Of a stretch of 64,000 nt of DNA, positions 63,642 to 64,000 are shown piece after piece. The stretch spans positions 551-64,550 of the forward strand of contig DATBHW010000073.1 of assembly GCA_036557285.1 (NCBI GenBank), read 5' to 3'. Position 1 is the stretch's first letter. Each line of letters opens with the position of its first letter. A program made the position numbers and the translations under genes. The stretch is from Ktedonobacterales bacterium (lineage in GTDB: Bacteria; Chloroflexota; Ktedonobacteria; Ktedonobacterales; DATBGS01). The notes below the pieces were generated by a model. That model had not been told where the DNA came from, searched no databases, and saw only the letters and a list, made by a program, of their open reading frames with translations.

Positions 63642-64000
63642 TAAGCCGCAGACTCCATAGCCCCTTTCCCCTGCATGCAGCCAACGCTCAGTAGCCCTTT
63701 GTGGGCAAATCAGCCTCGCTTGAATCCTCTCTCATCATTTTCCAATCATTCCTTGTTACAATCGAGGCAGATTGTATGCCAACCTTGCAGTATAGTATGC
63801 TTCGTAATGACTGGAAAGAAGAGTAGGACTGTGGCGATGATGGTAGAGCAACCTTCTGTAAGTAGGATGCAGAAGGGAGGCGCATCCCATGTGTTACGCC
63901 CCCTGAACCTCCTGAACGATTTTGCGGAACTCAGGACTTTACTCCTATCAACGCTGGAGATGGCCGCTGCCTCTCTCCCTTCACCGAACGGTTCAGCAAA

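Noticed and set aside
63688-63885. 65-aa minus-strand ORF in the AT-richer region after the histidine kinase gene.
   Set aside because: It has no SD, no recognisable motifs, and a low-complexity Ser-rich sequence. It is more likely an intergenic or promoter region for the next plus-strand gene.
63891-64000. A possible GTG-initiated CDS running off the window end (VLRPLNLLNDFAELRTLLLSTLEMAAAS...), with an AAGGGAGG upstream held in a GGATGC/GCATCC hairpin.
   Set aside because: Only ~36 codons are visible and there are no motifs, so a feature cannot be supported.

Overview
This is a GC-rich bacterial chromosomal window with about 49 protein-coding genes. I found no rRNA, tRNA or CRISPR array. 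The gene style (tnpB-only IS elements, -10 boxes 6 nt from start codons, Pro-rich anchored proteins, orphan NRPS) suggests a Chloroflexota/Ktedonobacteria-like or actinobacterial genome, but that is only a guess. Housekeeping content is rich in SAM-cycle genes: metK-ahcY, an mtnA-HD-PfkB-GNAT operon, tpiA and dus. Other genes include an ECF sigma/anti-sigma pair, a MarR/PAP2 divergon, two paralogous secreted phosphoesterases, two MFS transporters, GH15, TerC, an M19 dipeptidase, two OmpR-type response regulators with one histidine kinase, and a DUF2089-DUF4097 operon. Items worth follow-up: (1) A compact orphan NRPS, C-A-T / C-A-T / C-A-T-TE, with a translationally coupled Sfp-type PPTase. By-eye codes read Gly-X-Gly, and the TE has a GxCxG cysteine nucleophile. 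(2) A single ORF fuses a pyruvoyl AdoMetDC/SpeD-like decarboxylase to a deoxyhypusine-synthase-like domain, behind a long structured leader. (3) A MITE-like family with GGTTC...GAACC termini, a GC-rich nested-palindrome core (TGTAGCGCCGCC...GGCGGCGCTACA) and 8-9 bp target-site duplications has 10 copies or fragments here. A second hairpin repeat family abuts the stop codons of both phosphoesterase paralogs. (4) There are two tnpB-only IS200/IS605-type elements. One carries an Arc-type RHH gene in the tnpA position and a frameshifted tnpB. (5) A 75-bp duplicate of the GNAT gene 3' end brackets a lower-GC 2.6-kb islet. (6) A stand-alone sRNA-like unit has a consensus promoter and a 14-bp terminator. 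(7) A 19-bp anti-SD/SD hairpin lies in front of one phosphoesterase. All functional calls come from motif reading by eye; no searches were run.
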